The notes beneath the pieces were generated by a model that searched no databases, was not told where the DNA came from, and worked only from the letters and a program-made list of their open reading frames with translations. Positions 9,853-19,522 of a stretch of 64,000 nt of DNA are shown piece after piece. Each line of letters begins with the position of its first letter. Within the stretch, counting starts at the first letter, position 1. Source of the DNA: Elusimicrobia bacterium GWD2_63_28 (lineage in GTDB: Bacteria > Elusimicrobiota > Elusimicrobia > Elusimicrobiales > UBA9959); the NCBI GenBank assembly GCA_001799895.1, contig MGUI01000004.1, positions 20,961 through 84,960 of the forward strand, in the 5' to 3' direction. The translations under genes were made by a program, and so were the position numbers.

Positions 9853-10335
9853 TTAATCCTTGGAATACTCCCAGCTTAAACCATAATCGGAGAACGGGAG
9901 CGGTTCAAAGTCCTTTACTTTAATATGGCTGTTGGCCACCCCAGTCACTTTACAACGCACCAATTCGTTGTCTTCGGTGGTAACAATCACGTGGTCGCCT
10001 TTCCTGGGCTCGCGCCAAGGATTTTTCAGTGTTATGCGCCACATCCCCTCGAAACCATTGACCCCAGACTTCATAGTCCAGAATCCTTCTAAAATATTGC
10101 TCTTGGGGAATTTGTGAAGAGTGGCGTCGCCGCTGACATTTTCTCCTTTCATTTTACACACATAATGCCCTGCGGCAGTCTCTGCCCCCTGCCAGACAAC
10201 GTGTAACCTGTTGAAATATGACACGACGATCTTTGCGCCTTCAATTCGAACATCGCAGGTATAGGCGTATTTATGATCTTCTGCGGGATAATCGACTGCC
10301 GGGCAGTTTTTATATATCAGCATTTCTGATTTCAT
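9853..10335 (-). CDS. Hypothetical protein
   Basis: 160-aa ORF with an AAGGAG RBS; operon position; no family recognised. Confidence 0.5.
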   Translation of the reverse strand: MKSEMLIYKNCPAVDYPAEDHKYAYTCDVRIEGAKIVVSYFNRLHVVWQGAETAAGHYVCKMKGENVSGDATLHKFPKSNILEGFWTMKSGVNGFEGMWRITLKNPWREPRKGDHVIVTTEDNELVRCKVTGVANSHIKVKDFEPLPFSDYGLSWEYSKD

Positions 10336-10355
10336 AAATTTCTCCTTAAACCCGC

Positions 10356-10706
10356 CTAATTCGGCAATCCACCATGGAGAATTTTCACCGGCACTTCGGG
10401 ACAGGGCGGTTCATACTTTGGGAACGGGTCGCGCCGGTCCAGTTTGTTCAGAGCTTTGGGACTGCGGGCATATTCAGCAGCCTCTTCCTCGGATAATCCC
10501 CGGTTGAACACAATCGCGGCTTTCACATCCCGCCTAAGCCGGCGCCAGGTTGTCCTGCCCTCAACTAAGGACTCCGCCTCATCCAAGGTGACGAACTCCA
10601 ACAACACCTCGCTTACGCCCATCTTCGTGAGCCGCTCGATTATGGAGTCCTTTCTGGCATTGGTTTGCCGGCGGTCATTCTTGTATTTATCGAGCCAGTT
10701 CGCCAT
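10356..10706 (-). CDS. Hypothetical protein (first gene of the operator-controlled operon)
   Basis: 116-aa ORF with a GGGGGAG RBS; 33 nt downstream of the -10-like TATCCT of operator copy 1. Confidence 0.5.
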   Translation of the reverse strand: MANWLDKYKNDRRQTNARKDSIIERLTKMGVSEVLLEFVTLDEAESLVEGRTTWRRLRRDVKAAIVFNRGLSEEEAAEYARSPKALNKLDRRDPFPKYEPPCPEVPVKILHGGLPN

Positions 10707-10739
10707 ATCTCCCCCTGAATGCTAGATCCTTCTGGCTAT

Positions 10740-10774
10740 AGGATACCGCCCCATCGCGACAGCGTTATGTCGCG
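10740..10774 (-). promoter_or_regulatory. Island operator/promoter copy 1: CGCGACA-N6-TGTCGCG + 9 nt + TATCCT
   Basis: Perfect 7+7 inverted repeat at 10755..10774. On the minus strand it is followed after 9 nt by TATCCT (10745..10740). Upstream of the 10706 -> <1 operon. Confidence 0.6.
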
Positions 10775-10827
10775 TTGCGAAAGCACACATGCAATTTAGC
10801 TGCGCCGAAGATCGTCGCAGAAATCCA

Positions 10828-13143
10828 TTAATTTTCGGGAGACTGGCTAAAAGGCGCCAGATTTATCCTATACTTCTCCACCTTATCGTCGTCAAACGGC
10901 GGAGCGGCATCAGGATCCATTTCTTCATCATTCTCAAGGTCCAACCATTCACCTGCGCCAAGCAGGTAGCGGAACATCCTATGGCGGGCCTGTACGCGCT
11001 GGAAGATCTTACGCTCGTATGTGCCTGGAAAAGGACAGAAATATATCTCAATACCGCAGTCCTCTTTCCCAGCTTTGCCAACTCCCCCCTCCAAATATTG
11101 CGCGTAACTATTAATCCGGTCTATGCGCCCATGCCGTTGCTCGATAACAGCAGGGCTCCAATGCAAATCATAATGCAATAGTTTCCGGCAGTATTTGTGC
11201 AGGTCTATAGCTTCGGAACCCTTTTCACCTGATACCAGTATTAGTGGGTAGGAAGGCAGGTTGAATTTAAGCATGTTAACTTCGTCAAACTCTGCGGCTA
11301 TAGGCAGATGTGATTTAGCTTTAATGTCGCCAAAGGAGGACTCGTTCTGCACAAAGTCGCGAAGTATTTCTTTATTCCATGGTTCACTTAACCATTTAGC
11401 TAAGTGGTGCTTTGCATGTCTTAAATCCATGCGTCGATTCCTGTACATTTCGGCAGAACCACGGGAGTAGGCGAACAGTTTGTAGATTATATCGCGGTAT
11501 TCTTTATTGTCTATGCACATCCGGCCAATAGAATGAATTGCCGTTTTGTAGAAGTGTTGTTTATTCTTTGATATGTACGCTTGGCAACGCTTCGATATCT
11601 TTATTAGTTCACGCGCCTCATCACTGGTGTTTATCCATTTAATAAGCTTCGTTATTGTTTCTTGACGGGTGCAGAACACAACAACTTTTTCATGCTCACG
11701 CACCTGGGATAAAATCCACTTAAACACCACCTTAAATTTGGGAATCTCCCCTCCATTATTCTTTTGCTGTATTAGGCGCTGGTATTTAAGCAGGGCTGGA
11801 TTTTTTCTCATTGCGCCTTTTGCCAAAGGCGACACCTTGAACGACTTGTTTATCGCAGCCATCGATGAACACAAAGATTGTCTTCGGCTGGCCTGATGCT
11901 CCCTGCCGCCCTTGCTTATGGCAATATCAAGCATTTTCTCTAAGGCCAGCATGGGAAAGGGTTTCTTTCCCAAAGCTTCCATCTGTCTCGCATATTCCCG
12001 TGCCATAGCAGGATCTGTATATATCTCCCGCATACTCCTGCCCTGATTATGATTTTCGGCCTTGGTAGAACGCACAATAAACTTCCTGAGCAGCCCCTGT
12101 AAGTCTCGTATCTCCGAAAAGTTTTCATTGTTATTTTGAAGTGAATCTCTGTATGCGTCCAACATCGCAAATAGAGAGGCCATTTCCTTATTAAATTCAC
12201 CCGGGTGCATCGATTTAGTAAAACCCTCAAGAAGGATTTTTAATTCGCCAATAGCCAGGGAAAATGGGGTTGCCGTGACATAAAGCATTTTCTCCCATTT
12301 TTCAGCAAGAAGATGATTTGTAACCCGGCTGCTGCCTTTGGCCCGGGTTTTATGCGCCTCATCTATAATGACTAGGTCGTAAAAAGCTTTAGTTTTACCT
12401 TTTTTAATAAACTTGCTCAGTTCAAGTTGACGCAGCACTTCTCGAATGCGGATCTCCGCTCCTGAAACCCATATTTTTCCATCTTTATAAAAATTCTCAG
12501 GGCCGATTATCTTTTCAGCTTCCTGGTAGGATAAGTCTTTTATCTCGCAATGTAGGGTGGCGCTAATTTTGCGTCCAGGGAAAACGGCATTGAACAAATA
12601 CTTTTTTTCATGCTCCTTAAGCCGTAGCCCGTACCTGTGGTAGATATATCCCAAAGCTTGCCTGAGTAAAAATATTCTTGGGGCATCGTCCTGTGAATTT
12701 CGTTTTACACTACTAAATGACGCTATAGTAATCCCCTTGTTTTCGGTTAAGTCACCCGGGGTGTATGCTTCTGACATCCAGCGATTCTTTACCAATATCT
12801 TTTTTACACCTGAATCCACTATCTTGTAATCCAATAACCGGTGCCATCTCTCCTGCCATGCCTTTGCCATAGGCCGGCTACTTGCCAGTATTAACACATT
12901 CGCTTTGGGTTTATGTAGTAAAAGGGCAGCCATCACGGACAAAGCCTCAAAGGTTTTGCCCATACCAACCTCATCGGCAAGTATTACTCCGGGGGCGTTG
13001 CGTTTGTATAAACGCAACAAAAGAGCCCTTGCGGTAAGGCGCTGGCGGTTGGCCTCCCTCCTTGGCACACCAGAGTCATCCTTATGCAGGGAAAGCCAAT
13101 TAAGGGGATCCTTGCTAATTTTATTGCAGAGCTTGATGTTCAT
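10828..13143 (-). CDS. SNF2-family (SF2) helicase/translocase
   Basis: Motif I LADEVGMGKTFEA, motif II LVIIDEAHKTR, VTATPFS, motif VI HWSPAVIEQRHGRIDRI. Confidence 0.9.
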   Translation of the reverse strand: MNIKLCNKISKDPLNWLSLHKDDSGVPRREANRQRLTARALLLRLYKRNAPGVILADEVGMGKTFEALSVMAALLLHKPKANVLILASSRPMAKAWQERWHRLLDYKIVDSGVKKILVKNRWMSEAYTPGDLTENKGITIASFSSVKRNSQDDAPRIFLLRQALGYIYHRYGLRLKEHEKKYLFNAVFPGRKISATLHCEIKDLSYQEAEKIIGPENFYKDGKIWVSGAEIRIREVLRQLELSKFIKKGKTKAFYDLVIIDEAHKTRAKGSSRVTNHLLAEKWEKMLYVTATPFSLAIGELKILLEGFTKSMHPGEFNKEMASLFAMLDAYRDSLQNNNENFSEIRDLQGLLRKFIVRSTKAENHNQGRSMREIYTDPAMAREYARQMEALGKKPFPMLALEKMLDIAISKGGREHQASRRQSLCSSMAAINKSFKVSPLAKGAMRKNPALLKYQRLIQQKNNGGEIPKFKVVFKWILSQVREHEKVVVFCTRQETITKLIKWINTSDEARELIKISKRCQAYISKNKQHFYKTAIHSIGRMCIDNKEYRDIIYKLFAYSRGSAEMYRNRRMDLRHAKHHLAKWLSEPWNKEILRDFVQNESSFGDIKAKSHLPIAAEFDEVNMLKFNLPSYPLILVSGEKGSEAIDLHKYCRKLLHYDLHWSPAVIEQRHGRIDRINSYAQYLEGGVGKAGKEDCGIEIYFCPFPGTYERKIFQRVQARHRMFRYLLGAGEWLDLENDEEMDPDAAPPFDDDKVEKYRINLAPFSQSPEN

Positions 13144-13158
13144 GATGCTTATAGCCCG

Positions 13159-14976
13159 CTATACCAGCCGAGTTAATTCCCACGGCCCTCGCTTTTTAAA
13201 ATGCATTGCAAGCTTACGGCGAAGACGCCTTGTCAGAGCTAGATATGTTTTGTCTTTGACTCTGCCATTAAGCGACTGCAGGGAATTGAGGATTTCAAAG
13301 CGCGCCCAATGTCGCCAATGTTTCTCCATTCCGCTTTTAGCTTTTGAAGGAGAATGTATATAAAACGTCTTCGAGAACAACGCCAGGACATTCCGGCAGT
13401 CCAGTTCCGTCCAGGGAGCATCATCGGCAATGCGGGATTCAAGGTAGCGCAATTTGGAAGCCAGATTTCGCACTTTGCCGGCCCAGTGGAAGTGGTTTTT
13501 ATCCATATCCCCACTCCCGCCTCCGGGAACTCGTTTGCCGGGGGCACCACCTGTGCCGGGTAGCTCTTGCTCCCCATAAATAGAGCCCAACCTGGCCAAC
13601 CATTGCTCCGGATCAATTTCGCCTTCATCAGGAGTAATCGGCACACTGTCATCTTCAGGTATATCTATTGCGACCAGTTGCTGCCTGTTCCCCTTTTTTA
13701 AAGTTATATCCAGAAAACAGTCCTGCTTAATACGAAATTTACGCAGACTGGCAGGTGTTAGCTCTGCATTCTCGTATCTGATTCTGCAATTACCAAATCC
13801 GTACTTCTTCTTCCATGTAATTTGCAGGCCCCTGGCTGTAAGCCGGGCAGACTCTATGGCAGAAAGAGTCCCGGACATTTCATCATCTTTACGCTGCTGG
13901 GAAGTCAGCATTTCCTTAATATCGGCAAAAGAACGCCAACGTGGGCCATCCAATGGGGCCAAAATGCCTGGTAAATCTACATGCTGTTCTTTAACTATGA
14001 CAGCCGCTTCCACGTTATACTTCCCGCGGCCACTCATTGCCTTTGATGTGCAATTCGGCGAACCGGCTAGCAGCAATGTGGTTATTTCGCCACGGCTCAA
14101 ACCTTTAATCGCAACTAGTTTGGCATGCAGTTGACCACCACTAAGTGGCACGCCGTGGATATTGAATTGTATTGATCTTATCTTGCAGAATTTTTCCAGA
14201 TCTTCCACAAAAGAACGAGGTGCATAAAGCTCTGCAATGGCGTCATTATAGGGGATGTATAGGTGTAGCTTATCTAAATGCCGCGTAGCTGGGTGTGCTA
14301 AGAGCTCACGAAGGAAGGAATGACTTTCACTGTACGAGTCGCTGCCGTTTTGGTTCAAATCTTCAGCGTCTTCCTGTATATCGTTGAAATACTTATCATA
14401 AAACGGCGAGACTACATGTATCTCATCCGCCAGCATGTGGTTAAGTTTTTCAAAAAGCCGGTCGTCTATTGGTCGCTGGAAACTGGTGACAACGGGAGAG
14501 GATTCTGGAGTTGCGGAGAGGAAATGCTGCGGGGCTTTGATTTCTTTTAAAAGCGGCATTAATGCGAATGGGATGCCCTCGCTACTGATAACTGAAAAGA
14601 ATTCCCTGTTGTGCCGCCAACCGCTAGCGGTTAGATTACCTGAGCCTAATATCGTAAGGAACGTTTTGCGGAACGCGACTATGTAAACTTTGGGGTGAAA
14701 GAGCCGGGCTGGAGTCTCCCATTGTTTAAGCGCATAGCCCTTGTTATAGCTATGCCCAGTATAAACTCTTTTATCGCAGACGACCAAGGTGCGGAACCGA
14801 GCCCCTACCAAACCTATTTCAGTGGGGTCTTGGAAAAGAGGGATTACTTCTTTTTCGAAGAAATGGCAGTCGAAGGTATAAGTAAGAAATACCGCAGCCA
14901 GCGGGTTGCCGTGTATAGTTATGGCTTCGCTGATAACATCTTCAATGCTCTGCTCCCCTACAAAGTTGATCACCAT
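13159..14976 (-). CDS. Phospholipase-D-family (two HKD motifs) nuclease with ~200-aa C-terminal extension
   Basis: HPKVYIV...GSGNLTASG and HAKLVAI...GSPNCTSKA. The start overlaps the stop of 14970..16121 by 7 nt. Confidence 0.8.
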   Translation of the reverse strand: MVINFVGEQSIEDVISEAITIHGNPLAAVFLTYTFDCHFFEKEVIPLFQDPTEIGLVGARFRTLVVCDKRVYTGHSYNKGYALKQWETPARLFHPKVYIVAFRKTFLTILGSGNLTASGWRHNREFFSVISSEGIPFALMPLLKEIKAPQHFLSATPESSPVVTSFQRPIDDRLFEKLNHMLADEIHVVSPFYDKYFNDIQEDAEDLNQNGSDSYSESHSFLRELLAHPATRHLDKLHLYIPYNDAIAELYAPRSFVEDLEKFCKIRSIQFNIHGVPLSGGQLHAKLVAIKGLSRGEITTLLLAGSPNCTSKAMSGRGKYNVEAAVIVKEQHVDLPGILAPLDGPRWRSFADIKEMLTSQQRKDDEMSGTLSAIESARLTARGLQITWKKKYGFGNCRIRYENAELTPASLRKFRIKQDCFLDITLKKGNRQQLVAIDIPEDDSVPITPDEGEIDPEQWLARLGSIYGEQELPGTGGAPGKRVPGGGSGDMDKNHFHWAGKVRNLASKLRYLESRIADDAPWTELDCRNVLALFSKTFYIHSPSKAKSGMEKHWRHWARFEILNSLQSLNGRVKDKTYLALTRRLRRKLAMHFKKRGPWELTRLV

Positions 14977-16121
14977 TTCGGATACCTCCGGTTAATAGAT
15001 TCCCGGAGAGAACACAAGGCATCCCATCTAAACAGGTAATCTTTCGCGGTATGGGGCTTGCCATTATATTTTAGTGCGAGATTCGTGGGCTTTGGCTTCC
15101 CCTTATGCATGGTTACAAGAATGCCGTCTGGATTGCCGCGATCCCTCTGTACCTGGTTATGCAGCTCCACTAGGGCCTGTATATGCTCAGTCCCTTTAGA
15201 GAACAGCATTCTTTTCATTTTATTGGTGTAGTTTCCTAGATCGAGAAGCTGTATCCCCTTTTTAAGACACAGACTCTTTGTCGCTGCCTTTAGGTCCCTT
15301 AGTTCAATAGAATGTGACTCGTTTTTTACCAAAGCATCAAAGAGGTTGTTTGCTGCTGCAAACCATTCTGCGAAAAGAGGCGCAAATGCGGCATACTCCC
15401 GTACTTCCGCGCTTTTTGAGGTCAGCGCTATTTTACGCCACGGCGGCGCCGTTCTGTATTTCCTGGCATACTGACTGTACATTTCCTTCATTACTGGAAA
15501 GTCTTTGTTCTCAAATACTTGGTCTTTCAACCATTTCCTGTTGCCGACAATAAGATATTCTCTAAGCTTGTTGAATCTGGCACATGGATTTTTATGTATA
15601 GATGGAGACCAGTGCCATGAGATGCTCTTGAAGCGATGCAGCACATGAGGCGAGAGTTCTAGTGGGTCTTTGCTTACCAACCCGGCCCTTCTAGCTGGCT
15701 GAGAATGCGCGCCATAAAGCCCCTGAGCTGCTTGGTTTTTGATCAGCCGCTCCGTATGCAGATTGAGGCTTTCCCAGGTTATTTCCCTGTTTTGTATGCC
15801 TTCAATAATTGTTTTGGACTTCTGAACCCCTCTAAATCCGCCATTGTGCCCTTCATTTACCCAGTTAAGTTTTAGTGCGTTTTCAAAGGCCAGGAAATTA
15901 TCCTGCACTTCTTTATCAGTCGGGAATCCTTTTAATGATGCAGTTTCTCGGGCCCATTTAATTCCGTATAGAAAATACAAATAATGCTCCACGTCCGGGG
16001 TTCCGCCGGTTAATAGGGGCAGCAACTTTGCAGCAATTGCCTCATGAACCGCATCGGTTCCGATAAGGTCAGTAAACATGTCCTCTTTGGGTAATTTTGT
16101 CCAGAAGGCGCTTATATGCAT
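14970..16121 (-). CDS. Hypothetical protein (first gene of the unknown-PLD-SNF2 operon)
   Basis: 383-aa ORF, no family recognised; translationally coupled to the PLD gene; preceded by a 181-nt intergenic region. Confidence 0.55.
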   Translation of the reverse strand: MHISAFWTKLPKEDMFTDLIGTDAVHEAIAAKLLPLLTGGTPDVEHYLYFLYGIKWARETASLKGFPTDKEVQDNFLAFENALKLNWVNEGHNGGFRGVQKSKTIIEGIQNREITWESLNLHTERLIKNQAAQGLYGAHSQPARRAGLVSKDPLELSPHVLHRFKSISWHWSPSIHKNPCARFNKLREYLIVGNRKWLKDQVFENKDFPVMKEMYSQYARKYRTAPPWRKIALTSKSAEVREYAAFAPLFAEWFAAANNLFDALVKNESHSIELRDLKAATKSLCLKKGIQLLDLGNYTNKMKRMLFSKGTEHIQALVELHNQVQRDRGNPDGILVTMHKGKPKPTNLALKYNGKPHTAKDYLFRWDALCSLRESINRRYPKW

Positions 16122-16302
16122 GATTTTACCTGTTCATTTTTTAACCCATCCCACGATGCCTTTTATTGTGCAGGTTCTCTGTTTGTCATGCAATGTAGAA
16201 AAAGATTGCCCTTCTTCTCTTCGGAGATTTGCAAAGAGTATCAGGGTGGCCTTATTGAGAAGAACTCACAACTATTCTCTTGTCAGCCGGCCTAGTTAAT
16301 GG

Positions 16303-17166
16303 CTATCTCGCCATAACAGCTGCATCTATTAACTTCGCAAGTTCCACGCCATCCGCAGGGCGTTGCGCTTGATTGTGGGATAATGCGTTTACTAGTACGG
16401 GGAATAGATTTTTGGGGCCAGTCCAATCGGTTTCGGTAACATTCCCGCTTGGGTGTCGTCCAGTTGCTACAAACCAAAATACTGAGCCGAGTTGGAAGAC
16501 ATCGGATCGCTTTGAAATTGCGTCTGTATTGCCAACGGCCTTATTTATTGCTTCCGGAGACATCCAATATCTGGGGCCAATCACTTCATCTGCACTTGTA
16601 AGGTCATCTCCGGAACCAAACACTTCACACAACCCAAAATCACTTAGCAACCATGTTTCACCTTTAACTAATATGTTTTCAGGCTTAATGTCTCGATGTA
16701 CGGCTTTTTGATGTAAAACACCAAGAGCCTCCGCCAAGCCTTTAAACTGTGCGATATACTCCTCTGGCAGTGGCATCTGCCCATCGGTTTTAATCACATC
16801 TCGAAGATTCTTGTCTGCAATTGGCATGATTAAAAATGGGATTATGACATCTTTTTTCTCGGGCATCTGTATGCCTCTGATTTCGCCATGGTCTACATAG
16901 CTCATAAGCTGAGAATGCGTGAGCTGCTGATGAAGCTCTATCTCTTTCGTAAATCTCTGTTTTCGCTTTTCTGACAGTATTAGTTGAAATTTAACAGCAT
17001 AAGTATCACCATCAATTCGGTCGATGCACTCATATACAACAGCGTTTCCTCCTGCTCCCAATCTGTCACCTATTTCGTATTCACGCCCTTTGCCTGAAAA
17101 AAAGCTTGGGGCTATACGCCAAGAGTTCCTTGGTCGAGATGAGAAATAGAGATCAATGTGTGTCAT
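16303..17166 (-). CDS. Hanks-type Ser/Thr protein kinase (kinase domain only)
   Basis: Gly loop LGAGGNAVVY, AVKF lysine, HRDIKPENIL, DFGL, SPE. The start overlaps the DUF262 stop (ATGA at 17163..17166). Confidence 0.85.
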   Translation of the reverse strand: MTHIDLYFSSRPRNSWRIAPSFFSGKGREYEIGDRLGAGGNAVVYECIDRIDGDTYAVKFQLILSEKRKQRFTKEIELHQQLTHSQLMSYVDHGEIRGIQMPEKKDVIIPFLIMPIADKNLRDVIKTDGQMPLPEEYIAQFKGLAEALGVLHQKAVHRDIKPENILVKGETWLLSDFGLCEVFGSGDDLTSADEVIGPRYWMSPEAINKAVGNTDAISKRSDVFQLGSVFWFVATGRHPSGNVTETDWTGPKNLFPVLVNALSHNQAQRPADGVELAKLIDAAVMAR

Positions 17167-18509
17167 TCAATCATGCCATGTTCATTGTCTGGGATGGCAT
17201 ATGTGGCATCCCAGACATGATATTCATTTCTGGCTTTTTCTTTGCACGCATTGTGAATAAAGACAGCGTTCATTATCTGGAATGTGGTGGATGTTTTCTT
17301 CCAAGTTAGAAATACTTTCTCCGTGGAATAATCTTCTCCCTCCTCTCCGCACACTGGGCACGTGAATGACGCTGTGGGGCATACGCCAGGAGTGTATAAA
17401 TCCCATAATAGAGAATGAAAGACTTTAACTCCCTCAATGTTTGGCGGTCGTGAAAAATATGTGCCCTCAATCACTAGTTTCAAGAAGTCCTTGCGCCAGC
17501 GCCGGCTTGCTATGGAATTGGCTTGCGAAATACATTGGATGGCATATTTGCGCAGTATCCCGATCTCTGACTCTGGTTCTGTGTTGTAGTCAATAAGCTG
17601 AAGATCCTCTTTTAGGTATTCCGCAGAGCGTCCCTCTAGCGTCCCTCCTGTAGAATTGCACTCATCAATCGCGGCGAAAAGACTATAAAAATCCGCCTTC
17701 TGCCTAAATCTCATTTGAGAAAATGTCTTTATATCGAGTGTTTCCGCCGGCTGTTGATCGCTAATGCTTTTCATGTCTTTCAGAACGCGCTCGAAGCGGG
17801 CCTTGATTGCTGCTTTTTCGGATGTATCCCAACGCGCATAGTTTAAGTAAAAATCATCTAACGTGTCCCTCTTCTCCTGAGGCCCTGATATTAGCAGCGC
17901 AAGAAGTTCCGATACAAACTCGACATCCCCCATGCGCTTGCTATTTGCGATTGTAAAGACTTTTGCTTCTTCGAGAAATTGGCTCTGTGCTAATTCCTCT
18001 GAAAGCGACAGGAATTCGCCAGGGTAGTCGGCTCTTCGTAATTCCTGTCTATTTAATGCGACCGTATATTTGTTAACTCGCTGATAGATGTTTCGTACCA
18101 CATCGTCAGGGGCATTACGGATTTCGTTTGTATCTATTTTATAAGACAAAAAGTCGTCTTGTATCGAAGATGGTAGTTCCGAAAAGATGCGACCAATATA
18201 TTCCCCATCGTAGGGCGGAGCAAGTCGATAATCCCCTTTTAAAAATGACAAAATCGCCTTTATGCGCTGCTGGCCATCTATAACCACACGATATGTATCA
18301 GAATCTCTTACAATTGAGTGGAAAAATATCTTGGGCATTGGGATATTTTTCATGATAGTGTCCATAAGAAAAACACGTGCTGCAGGGGACCAAACCTCCT
18401 TTCTTTGAAAGTCAGGACGTATTTCAAGTCTTTGAGCAGTGCTCCAATCTCTAATATCTGAAATCGGATGCGAACTAGAAATCCATTTCCATGTCATTTT
18501 GTGCTCCAA
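17163..18509 (-). CDS. DUF262 (ParB/Srx-like, GmrSD/SspE N-terminal-type) domain protein with Cys-rich C-terminus
   Basis: DFQRKEVWS and IDGQQR motifs. The C-terminus has CPVCGEEG ... IHNAC. Shorter than a canonical SspE, and I saw no obvious DUF1524/HNH domain. Confidence 0.75.
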   Translation of the reverse strand: MEHKMTWKWISSSHPISDIRDWSTAQRLEIRPDFQRKEVWSPAARVFLMDTIMKNIPMPKIFFHSIVRDSDTYRVVIDGQQRIKAILSFLKGDYRLAPPYDGEYIGRIFSELPSSIQDDFLSYKIDTNEIRNAPDDVVRNIYQRVNKYTVALNRQELRRADYPGEFLSLSEELAQSQFLEEAKVFTIANSKRMGDVEFVSELLALLISGPQEKRDTLDDFYLNYARWDTSEKAAIKARFERVLKDMKSISDQQPAETLDIKTFSQMRFRQKADFYSLFAAIDECNSTGGTLEGRSAEYLKEDLQLIDYNTEPESEIGILRKYAIQCISQANSIASRRWRKDFLKLVIEGTYFSRPPNIEGVKVFHSLLWDLYTPGVCPTASFTCPVCGEEGEDYSTEKVFLTWKKTSTTFQIMNAVFIHNACKEKARNEYHVWDATYAIPDNEHGMIE

Positions 18510-18527
18510 GCAAGAAATATACTCTTG

Positions 18528-19484
18528 TTACCCTTTCCAATATATAACCTGTGAATGCCGAGGGGTATCCCAGGATATCTCTTTTGGGAAAAAATAGACC
18601 AACCAATCGTAAAAGACTCTTACGTTTTCCTTAACTTGCCAGCGATATGGCAGAGGGACATCCTCGCATTTCCGATGAATCCAGTCTGCAACCGCACCGA
18701 ATCGGAGACTGCTTTGTGCTTTTAAATAGGAAACAAAATCTACGACAAAGGGCGACTCTTGGAATGCACGCCTTAGCTGTTCAGTGAACTCTGAAGGAGA
18801 AAGGCCGGGCTTAATCTGAAACAGGACAAGGTCATGAATTGCCCGTCTAACCTCATCTGTTGTCTGGGGTGACGCGATTTGCAGGTAATAATTTCTCAGT
18901 TTATCTGGGGTATCGCTTGCCGGAAGAGACGACAATGAATATGCTTTCCTTTCAGGTGCGGGGATGTTCTTAAAGTATTCTTTTTCTACTTGAGGATTTT
19001 CTTTTTTGTATCTTTCAAGCTCAGAATTTAATGCAGAATAATATGTTTCATCAACCAGAGAGCTTTCATCGATAATTCTATAGATATGCCCCCAATCTGT
19101 GACTGATAATCTGGCGAAACTGCCAGCCTCAATATTTGGAGTCTTTCCAGTCCCCATCCCAGATTGTGTTAAGTTGCCACTAGTGTTCAATGCATGGTTT
19201 GATTCAAACACGTAAAGCTTAAGATGGATACTCTTGTTAACGAACAGCTGAATCCCCTTGTTGTGTAAATATGGATAAACACTTAAATCGGAAACCCCCG
19301 CAACAAGATCCGCAGGAGTCCACCGCACAACAATTTTAACGTCAAGGGGTGCCGGTATGCGCTCAACAAGGTTTTTCAAAGCGTCGAGTTTTATGAAAGG
19401 CGATATTACAAGGCGCAGCGAATCGCCGGCTTCAATTCGCTGCACTATTGCTTGCTCAATTGGTGGCCAGATCAAATCACCCAT
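18528..19484 (-). CDS. Single-HKD PLD-family nuclease (NgoFVII/BfiI-like N-terminal domain) with unknown C-terminal domain
   Basis: HLKLYVFESNHALNTSGNLTQSG motif in the N-terminal ~130 aa. Confidence 0.6.
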   Translation of the reverse strand: MGDLIWPPIEQAIVQRIEAGDSLRLVISPFIKLDALKNLVERIPAPLDVKIVVRWTPADLVAGVSDLSVYPYLHNKGIQLFVNKSIHLKLYVFESNHALNTSGNLTQSGMGTGKTPNIEAGSFARLSVTDWGHIYRIIDESSLVDETYYSALNSELERYKKENPQVEKEYFKNIPAPERKAYSLSSLPASDTPDKLRNYYLQIASPQTTDEVRRAIHDLVLFQIKPGLSPSEFTEQLRRAFQESPFVVDFVSYLKAQSSLRFGAVADWIHRKCEDVPLPYRWQVKENVRVFYDWLVYFFPKEISWDTPRHSQVIYWKG

Positions 19485-19522
19485 ATAGAACGCAGCCCAG
19501 CGTATGCATTAGAATTAAGATG

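Noticed and set aside
10828-16121. DISARM system
   Set aside because: SNF2 (DrmD-like) and PLD (DrmC-like) genes are present. However, no DrmA helicase, DUF1998 DrmB or methyltransferase occurs anywhere in the window.
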